A stretch of DNA of 64,000 nt from Deferribacterales bacterium (GCA_050253335.1 JBFWJG010000001.1:1-64000); one strand, 5' to 3'; shown: positions 9,930 to 19,895, counted from the first letter of the stretch. The notes: generated by a model from the sequence alone, not told the origin. Numbers and translations: made by a program.

Positions 9930-11381
9930 ATGCATTTTAAGATAATTTTCAAAACCGTTTCGGTTCTCATACTCATTCTGGATATATTCCTTCTTCTCTG
10001 CGCAGGTGTGGGCGCTTATTATGAAGAATGGGCGGCGGTTCAGAGCTTTCTGCTTTCCATAGCCATAAGCGGGTGCATAAGCCTGGGCATACTCTTTGTT
10101 TTCAGGCGCGATAAGCAGAAAACCCTCTCCACCAGAGACGGACTTGTAACTGTTACCCTGAGCTGGATGGTCGCTTCCACTGTCGCGGCATTCCCGTATA
10201 TCTTTGACGGCGGAATGCTCACCGTTACAGACGCGATTTTCGAAACCATGTCCGGATTCTCCACAACCGGAGCAACTATCCTGACAGATATAGAAAAAAT
10301 GCCCAAATCACTCCTTCTGTGGCGTTCGCTTACCCACTGGCTGGGCGGTATGGGTATTGTAGTTCTCGGTGTCGCCATTCTCCCGCTTCTGGGAATCGGG
10401 GGAATGCAGCTTATGCAGGCCGAGGCTCCGGGGCCCACTGTGGACAAGATAACCCCACGCATAGCGGAGACCGCCAAATATCTCTGGTATGTCTATGTCG
10501 GGTTCACCGCTCTTCAGACCTTTCTCCTTGTCTGCGGAGGGATGACTTTTTTTGACTCCCTTAACCACAGCTTCAGCACCCTCGCAACCGGCGGCTTCTC
10601 CACAAAGAACCTCAGCGTGGGGCATTATGACTCGGCTTATATTGACGGCGTGGTCACCTTTTTCATGGTGGTTGCCGGAATGAACTTCACACTGCACTTC
10701 AGGCTGATGAGCGGAAACTTCAAAGGGATATTCCGAAATACAGAGCTCAAGGCATATTTGCTCATATTTCTTTCCGCAAGTGCTGTGATTGCGCTCAGCC
10801 TTTACGGCAGAATATATGACAGCGCATGGCAGAGCATACGCTACGCATCCTTTCAGGCCGCCTCTATTCTATCTACCACAGGCTTTGCCACTGCGGATTA
10901 TGAATACTGGACATATCTGGGTCAGGTGACTCTGTTTGTGCTCATGTTTGTGGGCGGCTGCTCCGGATCCACTGCGGGCGGAATCAAGGTGATAAGGATC
11001 GCCACCCTGTTCAAGCAGGGGTTCAATGAGATGAAGTTCCTTGTTCACCCCAGAGGCGTGTTTGTGCTGAAAATAAGCGGTTTTCCGGTGCGCAAAAATA
11101 TTGTTTACGCCATAAGCGGCTTTTTCTTTCTTTATGTCTGCACGGTTTTGCTGGTTACGTCCGCACTGGCTGCTTCCGGTATTGATCTGCTTACTTCGTT
11201 AACCGCCGCTCTGGCTAGTGTGGGGAACATAGGCCCAGGCTTCGGCAGTGTCGGCCCTGCTGAGAACTATGCCTTCATGCCGGATCATGTTAAATGGATT
11301 CTCAGCTTTGCCATGATGGCGGGCAGGCTTGAGCTTTATACTGTGTTCGTGCTGTTTACGCCCATGTTCTGGAAGAAATGA
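9930..11381 (+). CDS. trkH: Trk potassium uptake permease
   Basis: Pore loops FETMSGFSTTGA, ATGGFS, STTGF, GNIGPG; GGCSGSTAGGIK; GRLE. Confidence 0.94.
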   Translation: MHFKIIFKTVSVLILILDIFLLLCAGVGAYYEEWAAVQSFLLSIAISGCISLGILFVFRRDKQKTLSTRDGLVTVTLSWMVASTVAAFPYIFDGGMLTVTDAIFETMSGFSTTGATILTDIEKMPKSLLLWRSLTHWLGGMGIVVLGVAILPLLGIGGMQLMQAEAPGPTVDKITPRIAETAKYLWYVYVGFTALQTFLLVCGGMTFFDSLNHSFSTLATGGFSTKNLSVGHYDSAYIDGVVTFFMVVAGMNFTLHFRLMSGNFKGIFRNTELKAYLLIFLSASAVIALSLYGRIYDSAWQSIRYASFQAASILSTTGFATADYEYWTYLGQVTLFVLMFVGGCSGSTAGGIKVIRIATLFKQGFNEMKFLVHPRGVFVLKISGFPVRKNIVYAISGFFFLYVCTVLLVTSALAASGIDLLTSLTAALASVGNIGPGFGSVGPAENYAFMPDHVKWILSFAMMAGRLELYTVFVLFTPMFWKK

Positions 11382-13606
11382 CAAATACTTACATAATAAG
11401 AATCAAGGGAATTGTGCAGGGGGTGGGCTTCCGTCCGTTTGTTTATAACCTTGCCGCTGCGCGCGGCCTCAGGGGCTATGTCCTTAATAGCACCAAAGGC
11501 GTGGAGATAGGGCTGGAATGCTCTGATGCTGATGTCCGGAAGTTTGCGGAGGATATCAGGAGGCTTGCGCCGCCGCTGTCTCACATAGCTTCTATTGAGA
11601 TAACGGAAGGTGCCGAACAGGGCTTTACAGGCTTTGAGATCAGAACATCCGAAAATACGGACGGCCTGACCCTTGTTTCGCCTGATGTGGCTCTCTGCCC
11701 CGACTGCCGCAGGGAGCTGTTTGACGAAACTGACAGGCGTTACCATTACCCGTTCATCAACTGCACAAACTGCGGCCCCAGATATTCCATAATCGAATCC
11801 ATTCCATATGACCGCAGAATGACCACAATGAAAGAGTTTGACATGTGCGCCGAATGCACATCCGAATATAAAAATCCCGCAGACAGGCGTTTTCACGCTC
11901 AGCCGGACTGCTGTTCTGCCTGCGGGCCCGATGTGCACGGATTCGGGCTGACGGGTGAGAACGCTCTCTTAAAAGCCGCAGAAGTTGTTAATTCAGGCGG
12001 AATCCTTGCCCTGAAAGGCCTCGGCGGTTATCACCTCATATGTGACGCGCTGAATGAGACAGCGGTGAAAAAACTCCGTGAACTCAAGTGCAGGGGTGAA
12101 AAACCCTTTGCAGTGATGTGTGCGGATGTTCAGACCCTTGAGAAATACCGCCCGCTGACGGACGCCGAGCGGAACATCATCTCAAGTCCGCAGGCTCCAG
12201 TTCTGCTTCTGGACTGGAATAATCCTCCTTTTTCCTGCTTGGTGAATCCAATGGGGAACAATGTGGGCGTAATGACCGCCTACACCCCGCTTCATGCGCT
12301 CCTCATGAGCCGTCTTGATACCGACTTCGTAATAGCCACCAGCGGCAACCTGCGGGATGAACCCATCTGCATTGACGAAGCTGACGCGGAGCAGAGGCTG
12401 AAACATTACACTGACAATTTTCTCCATCATAACAGACCCATACATAACAGAGTAGACGATTCCGTTGTGGCTTCGGCGGAAGGTTTCCCCTATGTCCTGC
12501 GCCGTGCGCGGGGCTTTGCGCCTTATCCCGTTATGCTCCCCTTTGAGACGGAGAAACCCCTGGCGGGAGCGGGGGCGCATCTCAAGAACGGAATATGCTT
12601 CGCATCAGGCGCTTACGCGTTTCAGAGCCAGTACATAGGCGATCTGGATAACCCTGAGACAAGGGACTTCTACACCGAGACATGGGGAAAAATGAAGCAC
12701 CTTCTGGGGATAGAGCCTGAAACAGTGATTACTGACCTTCACCCCGATTATTTCAGCACCCGATATGCCGCGGAAACCGGAGCGGAGGTCATTACTTTAC
12801 AGCACCATCTTGCGCATTTTTACGCCGTTCTGGGTGAAAACGGACACAAAGGGGATGCCCTCGGGCTGATCCTTGACGGAACCGGCCTCGGAACGGACAA
12901 AAGGATTTGGGGCGGAGAACTGTTTGTCAGAAAAGATAAAAAAATGACACGGGCGGCTCATTTGCCCTACATCTTGCAGCCCGCGATGGACACGGCTGCG
13001 AAGAAGCCTGCGATGATGCTTGTTTCCGCAATGAAGGCTTACGGACTTGAAAAATATGCGGATTTCCTGTACAGCAGGTTTCCTGAAATGCATGCCGCAC
13101 TCAGGCTGACAGAAAAGATGGTGGAAACAGGGCTGAACTCCATAGAAACCTCAAGTACCGGCAGGCTTTTTGAGGCGGCGGGAGCTCTGGTTTCAGGGCT
13201 TGCGGAGAATGATTTCGAGGCGCATCTTGCCATCAGGCTGGAATATGCGGCTGACAAAACAGTAACGGACTATTACCGCACGGAACCCATGAGCCCCGCA
13301 GGGCTCTTTGAGGGGCTGTTTGCGGATCTCGTTTCGGGGGTAAGCCCCGCTGTCTGCTCCGCAAGGTTCCACAACGGGTTTGCCCGAATGCTCACGGATG
13401 CCTGCTTGAAATATGCGGACGGAATAAAAACCGTTGCCCTCTCCGGCGGAGTGTTCCAGAATATGCTTCTGCTGAAAAGGGTTACGTCTCTGCTCCGCCA
13501 GAACGGGTTCACCCCCCTAATCCACGGACGCATCCCCGCCAATGACGGGTGTATCTCTCTGGGGCAGGTTTGCGGATATTTGTATAATGATAGAATAGAA
13601 GTTTAA
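11378..13606 (+). CDS. hypF: [NiFe] hydrogenase maturation carbamoyltransferase
   Basis: GIVQGVGFRPF acylphosphatase domain, two CxxC-x18-CxxC Zn fingers, KGLGGYHL, QHHLAH, LSGGVFQN, PANDG. Confidence 0.95.
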   Translation: MTNTYIIRIKGIVQGVGFRPFVYNLAAARGLRGYVLNSTKGVEIGLECSDADVRKFAEDIRRLAPPLSHIASIEITEGAEQGFTGFEIRTSENTDGLTLVSPDVALCPDCRRELFDETDRRYHYPFINCTNCGPRYSIIESIPYDRRMTTMKEFDMCAECTSEYKNPADRRFHAQPDCCSACGPDVHGFGLTGENALLKAAEVVNSGGILALKGLGGYHLICDALNETAVKKLRELKCRGEKPFAVMCADVQTLEKYRPLTDAERNIISSPQAPVLLLDWNNPPFSCLVNPMGNNVGVMTAYTPLHALLMSRLDTDFVIATSGNLRDEPICIDEADAEQRLKHYTDNFLHHNRPIHNRVDDSVVASAEGFPYVLRRARGFAPYPVMLPFETEKPLAGAGAHLKNGICFASGAYAFQSQYIGDLDNPETRDFYTETWGKMKHLLGIEPETVITDLHPDYFSTRYAAETGAEVITLQHHLAHFYAVLGENGHKGDALGLILDGTGLGTDKRIWGGELFVRKDKKMTRAAHLPYILQPAMDTAAKKPAMMLVSAMKAYGLEKYADFLYSRFPEMHAALRLTEKMVETGLNSIETSSTGRLFEAAGALVSGLAENDFEAHLAIRLEYAADKTVTDYYRTEPMSPAGLFEGLFADLVSGVSPAVCSARFHNGFARMLTDACLKYADGIKTVALSGGVFQNMLLLKRVTSLLRQNGFTPLIHGRIPANDGCISLGQVCGYLYNDRIEV

Positions 13607-13684
13607 AGGAAAAGCAACAGCCGGACAACGCTTGCCGAACAGACGGCTTTACCTTGGGTTTTCCTATGGCGGTATATATTGACT

Positions 13685-15178
13685 ATGAATAATAAGGCAG
13701 ATATGAAAAACCTGTTTCATGCGGCGGCGCTGCTGTTTTCATCGGTAATGCTCCTCACTCTGGCATCCCCGGGGATGGACAGGGGGTTTCTGGCATGGTT
13801 TGCTCTTGTGCCTTTGTTTATTCTTGCGGAAAAAAGATACATCCGTCCTTTTTGGGCAGGGCTTCTGTTCGGAGAGTTTTATTACTTTTTCGGAATTTCA
13901 TGGCTGTCTTTTCCTCTGACTGACATAGGCAGTGCGCCCCTTTTTGTATCATGGATAGTTACCGCGGTTTTTGCCGCTTATCTCGGCCTCTATTACGGGC
14001 TGACAGCATATGTTTTTGCACGGAGCAGGGGTTCCCTGCTTTTTGTGCCCGTGGTTTTCGCGGCGGGAGAGTTTTTCAGGGGGATTTTTCTCACCGGTTT
14101 TCCGTGGCTTACTTTGGGGCAGACTCAGTACCTCTACCCTGAGATACTCACTGTGACATCGTTTATCGGTGAATACGGGCTGAGTTTCCTGATTGTTGCC
14201 GGAAACCTTCTGGTTTATCACGGTGTGCGGGGCAGAAGGCACATTATGTTTGCGGCGGGGATTTTTCTCCCTGTTCTGCTTTATCTGGCCGGCTCTGCAA
14301 TGCCCGAACCGTCTTCCGAAGCTTCCGTAAGGGTGCGGCTTATCCAGACGGGGGTGGCGCAGGAAGAAAAGTGGGACGAGGAAAAAAAAGAGCGTGTGAT
14401 AAGCACTGTCCAGCAGATGGTGCTCGGAAGCGGGTTTAAGGATTTTGATCTCCTTGTTCTGCCCGAAACCGCTTATCCGGTTCTGGTGCAGGATGACGCT
14501 GTAATAGACCTGACGCTGTCCACCATAGGGAAAGATACTCCGGTTCTTGTAGGCGTTATGCGCAGGGAGGAGACCGGGGACGAAAGGAGATACTACAACA
14601 GTGCCGCCCTTTACGCGGGGCAGGGTTCCGCCGTTTATGACAAGGTGCATCTTGTTCCTTTCGGCGAATATTTCCCCATGAGCGGCCTGTTTAAGGCGAT
14701 AGACGATTTCTTCTTCAACGGGGCTCACGATTACAGCAAGGGCGAAAAATTAAGCGTCTTTGACCTCGGGAAGATGAAGATAGCCCCCATGATCTGCTAT
14801 GAGGGCGCTTTTTACCGCCAGCTTGCGGCGCAGACAGCCGCAGGGGCAAACATGGTGGTGATAATTTCGAACGACAGCTGGTTCGGCTTTTCCCACGGGC
14901 GTTATCAGCACCTTGCTGTGGACGTTATGCGGGCATCCGAATTCGGCAGATGGATTGTGCGCTGCACTCAGTCCGGAATATCCGCCTATATCGACCCCAA
15001 AGGGCGCATTAAATCCGTCATGGGTGTGGGTGAGAGCGGTTATCTGGACAGTGAAGTGAACCTTGCGCATGAGCGGACTTTCTTTGGTATATACGGCTAC
15101 GCGTGGCTCGGAGCGCTTTTATTTGTCAGTGCATCGGCATTGCTTATGAAGCGGATTCGCAGACATAATAAGCCTTGA
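13685..15178 (+). CDS. lnt: Apolipoprotein N-acyltransferase
   Basis: TM N-terminus, GFPW, nitrilase triad (PET, YDKVHLVPFGEY, ICYE), NDSWF; start uncertain (13685/13703). Confidence 0.93.
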   Translation: MNNKADMKNLFHAAALLFSSVMLLTLASPGMDRGFLAWFALVPLFILAEKRYIRPFWAGLLFGEFYYFFGISWLSFPLTDIGSAPLFVSWIVTAVFAAYLGLYYGLTAYVFARSRGSLLFVPVVFAAGEFFRGIFLTGFPWLTLGQTQYLYPEILTVTSFIGEYGLSFLIVAGNLLVYHGVRGRRHIMFAAGIFLPVLLYLAGSAMPEPSSEASVRVRLIQTGVAQEEKWDEEKKERVISTVQQMVLGSGFKDFDLLVLPETAYPVLVQDDAVIDLTLSTIGKDTPVLVGVMRREETGDERRYYNSAALYAGQGSAVYDKVHLVPFGEYFPMSGLFKAIDDFFFNGAHDYSKGEKLSVFDLGKMKIAPMICYEGAFYRQLAAQTAAGANMVVIISNDSWFGFSHGRYQHLAVDVMRASEFGRWIVRCTQSGISAYIDPKGRIKSVMGVGESGYLDSEVNLAHERTFFGIYGYAWLGALLFVSASALLMKRIRRHNKP

Positions 15179-15227
15179 ATAAATGGACGATGTATATTAA
15201 TGTTCATACATCTTTAGGAGGCAAAGT

Positions 15228-15434
15228 ATGGGTTCAGTAGGTTCTCAGCAGATTCTGATCATCCTTATAATCGCGCTGGTAATATTCGGTGCGGGCAAAC
15301 TTCCTCAGATCGGCGACGGTCTGGGAAAAGCCATAAGAAACTTTAAAAAGTCAGCAAAGGATGCAGAAGACGCCCTCGATATCACTCCGGAAACGGATAA
15401 AAAGAAAATCGAGAACGAAAACAAAGACGCCTGA
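15228..15434 (+). CDS. tatA: Twin-arginine translocase TatA/E
   Basis: TM helix-FGAGKLP-amphipathic LGKAIRNFK; AGGAGG SD. Confidence 0.93.
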   Translation: MGSVGSQQILIILIIALVIFGAGKLPQIGDGLGKAIRNFKKSAKDAEDALDITPETDKKKIENENKDA

Positions 15435-15467
15435 TAAAATCAGGGCTGTCTGACGGTGCGGTTTTAA

Positions 15468-16151
15468 GTGGCTGGCGGAGCTTTCGGTTCTTATATAGAC
15501 TCTGATTCCCCCCTGCACAGGCTGCATCCCGCTGTTAAGGCGGTTTCTGTTATTATATTGACGATTACGGCCGGAACGGTGAAATCCTCTTCCGGCCTGT
15601 TTTATTTCTGGGGAGTGTTTGCGGCTGTTCTCCTTTTTTCAAGGATAAACCCGCTTCTTTTTCTCAGGGCTCTTATTCCTCTTTCCCCTGTGCTGGCGGC
15701 ATCTTTCGCCAGCCACTGGTTTTTCGGCGTGCGTGACGGCGGGCATTCTCTGTTCATTGTGTTCAGGCTGACGCTTCTGATATTTTTCTCATCACTGCTT
15801 ACTTTTCTGATCAGAACAGAACATCTCACGGCTCTTTTTTACCGCCTGTTCCGCATGGCTCCGTTTACAGATGCCAGAGGGTTAAGTGTTTCCCTCGGTT
15901 GCGCCCTGAGTTTTGTTCCCGTATTCTTCTCGTTTTTCAGACCGCAGGGTGAGAGGCGCATAGGCAGGCTGTTTTCAGTGAAGGAGTTTTTCGCTCCCCT
16001 CGCGGAGAAGGCTCTCAGCCATTCGAAAAACACTGTTCTTGAGATGTTCGAAAACTTCGAGGCAAGGATGAGGCTTCCGGATATGCGCTCCGCGGATTAT
16101 ACTGCCTTCTTGGTTGCAATAATTATTTCCGTCGGCGGGTATTATGTATAA
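15468..16151 (+). CDS. ECF transporter T component (CbiQ/EcfT family), divergent
   Basis: N-terminal YIDSDSPLHRLHPAVK, several TM helices, ALSFVP; precedes truA. Confidence 0.65.
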   Translation: MAGGAFGSYIDSDSPLHRLHPAVKAVSVIILTITAGTVKSSSGLFYFWGVFAAVLLFSRINPLLFLRALIPLSPVLAASFASHWFFGVRDGGHSLFIVFRLTLLIFFSSLLTFLIRTEHLTALFYRLFRMAPFTDARGLSVSLGCALSFVPVFFSFFRPQGERRIGRLFSVKEFFAPLAEKALSHSKNTVLEMFENFEARMRLPDMRSADYTAFLVAIIISVGGYYV

Positions 16152-16881
16152 CAGAAAATGCATTGTGGAATATGACGGGACAGAGTTCTGCGGATGGCAG
16201 GCGCAGAAAGAGGTCCGCACTGTTCAGGCTGAGATAGAAAAAGCACTGGAAACCATGTATAAAACAAAGCTTTTTGCCATCGGCTCCGGAAGGACTGATG
16301 CCGGGGTACATGCTCTTAATCAGGTTTTTAATTTCCGCACGGAGAGCTATATCCCGCTGAACGGCTTTATCATGGGGCTGAACACACTTCTGCCAGGGGA
16401 TATTGCAGTGAAATCCGCCGAGGATGTCCACGAGGATTTTCACTCCCAGAAGTCGGCAGTGAGCAAAACATATATGTACAGGCTTCTCGCGCGGTGGACA
16501 CCTTCCGCTCTGGACAGAAACAGGGCATGGTGGCTGAAGAAAAGGCCGGATGTCGGGCTGATGCGTGAGCTTCTGCGGGCTGTAGAGGGCGAGCATGATT
16601 TCGCCTGTTTCTGCGCCGCGGAGGGGATGAAGGAAAACACGGTAAGAACCATTTACCATACAAAGGTCTATGAAGACGGTGATTACATTAATCTCGAAAT
16701 AAACGGCAGCGGCTTTCTGCATATGATGATACGCATAATAACCGGCACTGTAGTCAGGGGTGCTTTCAGAAGGCAGACGCCAGAGGACATACGGAAGATC
16801 ATTCAGGGAAAAGACAGGAGAAAAGCGGGGATGACCGCCCCCGCCTGCGGACTGTATCTGAAAGAAGTGTTCTATTTGTGA
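16144..16881 (+). CDS. truA: tRNA pseudouridine(38-40) synthase
   Basis: YDGTEFCGWQ, GRTDAGVHA, GEHDF, GFLHMMIR, TAPACGLYL. Confidence 0.96.
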   Translation: MYNRKCIVEYDGTEFCGWQAQKEVRTVQAEIEKALETMYKTKLFAIGSGRTDAGVHALNQVFNFRTESYIPLNGFIMGLNTLLPGDIAVKSAEDVHEDFHSQKSAVSKTYMYRLLARWTPSALDRNRAWWLKKRPDVGLMRELLRAVEGEHDFACFCAAEGMKENTVRTIYHTKVYEDGDYINLEINGSGFLHMMIRIITGTVVRGAFRRQTPEDIRKIIQGKDRRKAGMTAPACGLYLKEVFYL

Positions 16882-17011
16882 TAGTTCAGAAACGGTACAT
16901 CCTGCTGCCTTGATTATCCAAAATTTGCCGTCCATGGAAATTTTGGACACACGCTCGCGCCGTGGTAAACACGGCTTCGCTTCGCACGGCGCAGTTCCGT
17001 CCATGGAACTG
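16874..17011 (-). repeat. GGA-loop multi-hairpin repeat, copy B
   Basis: Minus strand: CAGTTCC-ATGGAC-GGAACTG, GCCGTGCGAAGCGAAGCC, TCCAAAATTT..ATGGAC..AAATTTTGGA, tail CAGGATGTACCGTTTCTGAACTATCA. Confidence 0.88.
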
Positions 17012-17015
17012 TTTG

Positions 17016-17044
17016 TGTCATTCTGAGCGTCAGTGAAGAATCTC
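17016..17044 (+). repeat. REP-like GTCATTCTGAG...GAAGAATC element
   Basis: TGTCATTCTGAGCGTCAGTGAAGAATCTC. Confidence 0.8.
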
Positions 17045-17104
17045 TAAAGTATGGGCAGTTCAAGGATGTACATTTTCCGCACACGCTCACGGGGAGCATT
17101 TATG

Positions 17105-17671
17105 TCATTTGTGGAAAATGTCCTTTACCATGCCGTTTTCATCAAAGCTTATGTATGTTTTCTGGAGCAGATTCAGGCGGTAGATCCACGCATCGCTGTT
17201 CAGCGAAGGTGTCAGATCCGCAGGCGGATTGCCCAAGGCTTTCAGCAGAATCTCTTTTGTCATTCCTTTGGCGGCTTCGCCGTTTCTGATAAACGCCTGT
17301 GCCTGCTCGGAGAAGGCCGACAGATCAGCTTTTTCCGTGCTGAGGAGCCTGCTTCGGTAATCCGTGAGGCTCATCCCGCTGTTGTCTTTGTCGTTTGACA
17401 CCACAATCTTATGCCTTCCGTCGACTGTCCGTATTTCGAAGGATTCGTCCCCTGTGAGGTCATAGCCGCCGATTGAGCGTATTTTCACGGGTGTGTTTAT
17501 CGGCACGAGGGTTCCCTCACGGTAATTGGCGGATTTGTGTATGCCCGCTTTATAAAAGAAGGAATACTGCGTGTAGTATGTCGTGTCGTCCATGGATGTG
17601 GTTTTTTTGCCCACAGTAACGCAGGCGGCAACCGAGATGACCACCGCCAGCATTATAAGAATCCGCTTCAT
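17105..17671 (-). CDS. Hypothetical lipoprotein with C-terminal SmpA/BamE-like motif
   Basis: Signal peptide with lipobox VAAC; GMTKEILLKALGNP...WIY...F-ENG-V pattern. Confidence 0.7.
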   Translation of the reverse strand: MKRILIMLAVVISVAACVTVGKKTTSMDDTTYYTQYSFFYKAGIHKSANYREGTLVPINTPVKIRSIGGYDLTGDESFEIRTVDGRHKIVVSNDKDNSGMSLTDYRSRLLSTEKADLSAFSEQAQAFIRNGEAAKGMTKEILLKALGNPPADLTPSLNSDAWIYRLNLLQKTYISFDENGMVKDIFHK

Positions 17672-17682
17672 TCTGTTCTCCG

Positions 17683-17916
17683 TTACCCTTCGCAGGGTTT
17701 TATGAAAATTTTTGTTTCAACGTCAATATATTCAGCATACCAGACAGCAAAACCGTCCTCGATCCATTTCAAATCGCTTTCACTCATTTTCTGCGTGAGT
17801 TTTTCGTACTCTGCCTCACGGTCTCTTGCCACCTGTTTTTCGCCTTCGGTAAGTTCTTCCCAGTCATCCTTCATGCGGGTGAATTCCTTTTTGAGTTCAA
17901 GAGCTTTTTCTTTCAT
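17683..17916 (-). CDS. Hypothetical acidic protein, 77 aa
   Basis: GGAGG SD upstream; fills gap before lipoprotein gene. Confidence 0.75.
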   Translation of the reverse strand: MKEKALELKKEFTRMKDDWEELTEGEKQVARDREAEYEKLTQKMSESDLKWIEDGFAVWYAEYIDVETKIFIKPCEG

Positions 17917-17995
17917 GACAGTTACCTCCGGTTTATGTTCATTTGTTAGCGGATATTAATACCATAATTATCTTAATATCTTTTGTCAACACCTC

Positions 17996-18024
17996 TTGCG
18001 GAAATGAACCGCCGCTACTACTAT
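17996..18024 (+). promoter_or_regulatory. Putative sigma70 promoter, probably leaderless transcript
   Basis: TTGCGG-17-TACTAT, 6 nt before ATG 18031; no SD. Confidence 0.45.
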
Positions 18025-18030
18025 ATTAGC

Positions 18031-18870
18031 ATGAAAACTATAACGGTTCTTGCCGCTGTTTTACTGTGCTTTCTGCCGGAGTCCGCATTCGCATGGGGGT
18101 TTCAGACCCATCTTTCCATAGCAAACAGTATCCTTGCGTCCGCAGAGGGTGTAATAAAAGCATACCCCGCCCACTTCATGCTGGGCAACATATTTCCGGA
18201 CTTTTTCCTGTTTCTGAAGGATTTTTCAGAATATAAGCGCAATCTGGAAACTCATTCATGGAAGACCGTTTCGTCTCTTTTCGCAGGTGTGAAGAGTGAC
18301 GGGGATCAGGCCTTCGCTCACGGCTACGCCGCCCATCTCTCAGCGGATATTGTTGCTCACAACCGTTTTGTACCTCAGCACCTCATGTATATGGGCAAGG
18401 GGCGCATGGGCTCGCACCTTATGCTTGAGTATGCGGAGGAAGCCCTGCACAACAACCGTTTCAGCGGCACAATGATGAAGCTGATGACCGACGCGGAGGA
18501 GCTTGGGGATCTGTTCATAAGGGTTATGAACATTGACCCCGCATTCTTCACGAAGGAGATGCACACCCTTCGCCTTGCACTGAGCTACCAGAAAATGTTC
18601 AGGCTCCAGAAGGCGGTGAAGGCCTATAAGCTTGCCACCATGCCCTCGTTTAAGGAACACTGCGTCAGCTTCCGCATTGAGGCGGAAAAGCTGGCGGGGC
18701 TTTCTGTCTCCAAGGGGTTTGAACACCTCAGCGATTACGACCCCACAGGAAAAGCCGCCATGGAAAAAGCGCGGGAAAAACACGACAGACTGGTGAAGAA
18801 TGTCGGCATACGCAAGATGAAGGAACGCTACCGCAACGGGAATGTTTATTCATACACCCCGACTGATTAG
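18031..18870 (+). CDS. Zinc-dependent phospholipase C/P1 nuclease family protein
   Basis: Signal peptide AFA then WGFQTH; GNIFPD; GYAAHLSADIVAHN; H-x3-E. Confidence 0.8.
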   Translation: MKTITVLAAVLLCFLPESAFAWGFQTHLSIANSILASAEGVIKAYPAHFMLGNIFPDFFLFLKDFSEYKRNLETHSWKTVSSLFAGVKSDGDQAFAHGYAAHLSADIVAHNRFVPQHLMYMGKGRMGSHLMLEYAEEALHNNRFSGTMMKLMTDAEELGDLFIRVMNIDPAFFTKEMHTLRLALSYQKMFRLQKAVKAYKLATMPSFKEHCVSFRIEAEKLAGLSVSKGFEHLSDYDPTGKAAMEKAREKHDRLVKNVGIRKMKERYRNGNVYSYTPTD

Positions 18871-18905
18871 GTTTAAAATTACGCTGCGACTGCGTCACAA
18901 TTTAG

Positions 18906-18934
18906 TGTCACTCTGAGCGCGGACGAAGAGTCTC
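18906..18934 (+). repeat. REP-like element, compensatory variant (ACTCT/AGAGT)
   Basis: TGTCACTCTGAGCGCGGACGAAGAGTCTC. Confidence 0.72.
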
Positions 18935-18938
18935 AGAA

Positions 18939-19027
18939 CCATAGATGGAGTTGCGCCGTGCGAAGCGGAGGCGAGTTTATCCCGACGCGAGCGTGTGGCT
19001 AAAACTGATAAGATGTACAGTTTTAGC
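18939..19027 (+). repeat. GGA-loop multi-hairpin repeat, copy C (degenerate)
   Basis: TGCGCCGTGCGAAGCG, GCGAGCGTGTG, GCTAAAACTG-ATAAGATGTA-CAGTTTTAGC. Confidence 0.8.
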
Positions 19028-19069
19028 TATTAAGTTGACTTTCATCCATCATTAACCTATATCTGACAG

Positions 19070-19891
19070 ATGATTGAAATAATGCAGCTTATCCCGGTGG
19101 GGATACTTGCGGGCATTCTCGGCTATCTGCTGGGCATAGGCGGCGGAGTGCTGATAGTTCCCGTTCTGGTTCTTATATTCGGCTACCCTGTTCACACCGC
19201 TGTGGCGGCTTCCCTTGCGTCCATAACAGTGGGAAGCGTGCTCATATCCGCCTCCAACCTGAACAGGAATCTCGTCAATATTCCTCTGGCTGTCACCCTT
19301 GAGACAGTGACCATTTTCGGCGCTCTTATCGGAGGCTATATCAGCGTTTCCGTCAGCGAAAAGCCGATTCTCATAATGTTTTCCATTATCACCCTTACCA
19401 CCGCCTATCTCATGTGGAAAAAAACCGTCAGCGCCGAAGATGCGGAAACACCGCCTGATGAGGGCAACGGGTTCTATTCCGGCTCATACATGGACGAGGT
19501 GCGCGGAAGGGTCATACACTACAGGGTGAAGAAGGTGCATCTCTCCATGATGGTTTCCGCTTTTGCGGGCGTGATCTCCAGTATGCTCGGCGTGGGGGGC
19601 GGTTTTTTCAAGGTTCCCGCCATGAATATTCTCTCAGGTGTGCCTCTCCGTGTTGCCACCGCGACAAGCAACTTTATGATAGGCTTCACCGCCGCCGCGG
19701 GTTCCGTGGCGTATCTTTTTCACGGCTATGTCCGTCCTCAGATTGCGGGTTCGATAATAGTCGGCGTTCTGATAGGCTCTTCTTTTGCAACCGCAAAGCT
19801 CCGCAAGCTGACTGACAACAGAATCAAGAAGATTTTCATAGCAGTCCTTCTGCTCATAGCGGTGCAGATGTTCTATAAGGCGATGGGGTGA
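19070..19891 (+). CDS. Sulfite exporter TauE/SafE family protein
   Basis: Duplicated GxLGIGGG / MLGVGGG..VP motifs; ATATSNFMIG. Confidence 0.9.
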   Translation: MIEIMQLIPVGILAGILGYLLGIGGGVLIVPVLVLIFGYPVHTAVAASLASITVGSVLISASNLNRNLVNIPLAVTLETVTIFGALIGGYISVSVSEKPILIMFSIITLTTAYLMWKKTVSAEDAETPPDEGNGFYSGSYMDEVRGRVIHYRVKKVHLSMMVSAFAGVISSMLGVGGGFFKVPAMNILSGVPLRVATATSNFMIGFTAAAGSVAYLFHGYVRPQIAGSIIVGVLIGSSFATAKLRKLTDNRIKKIFIAVLLLIAVQMFYKAMG

Positions 19892-19895
19892 TTTC

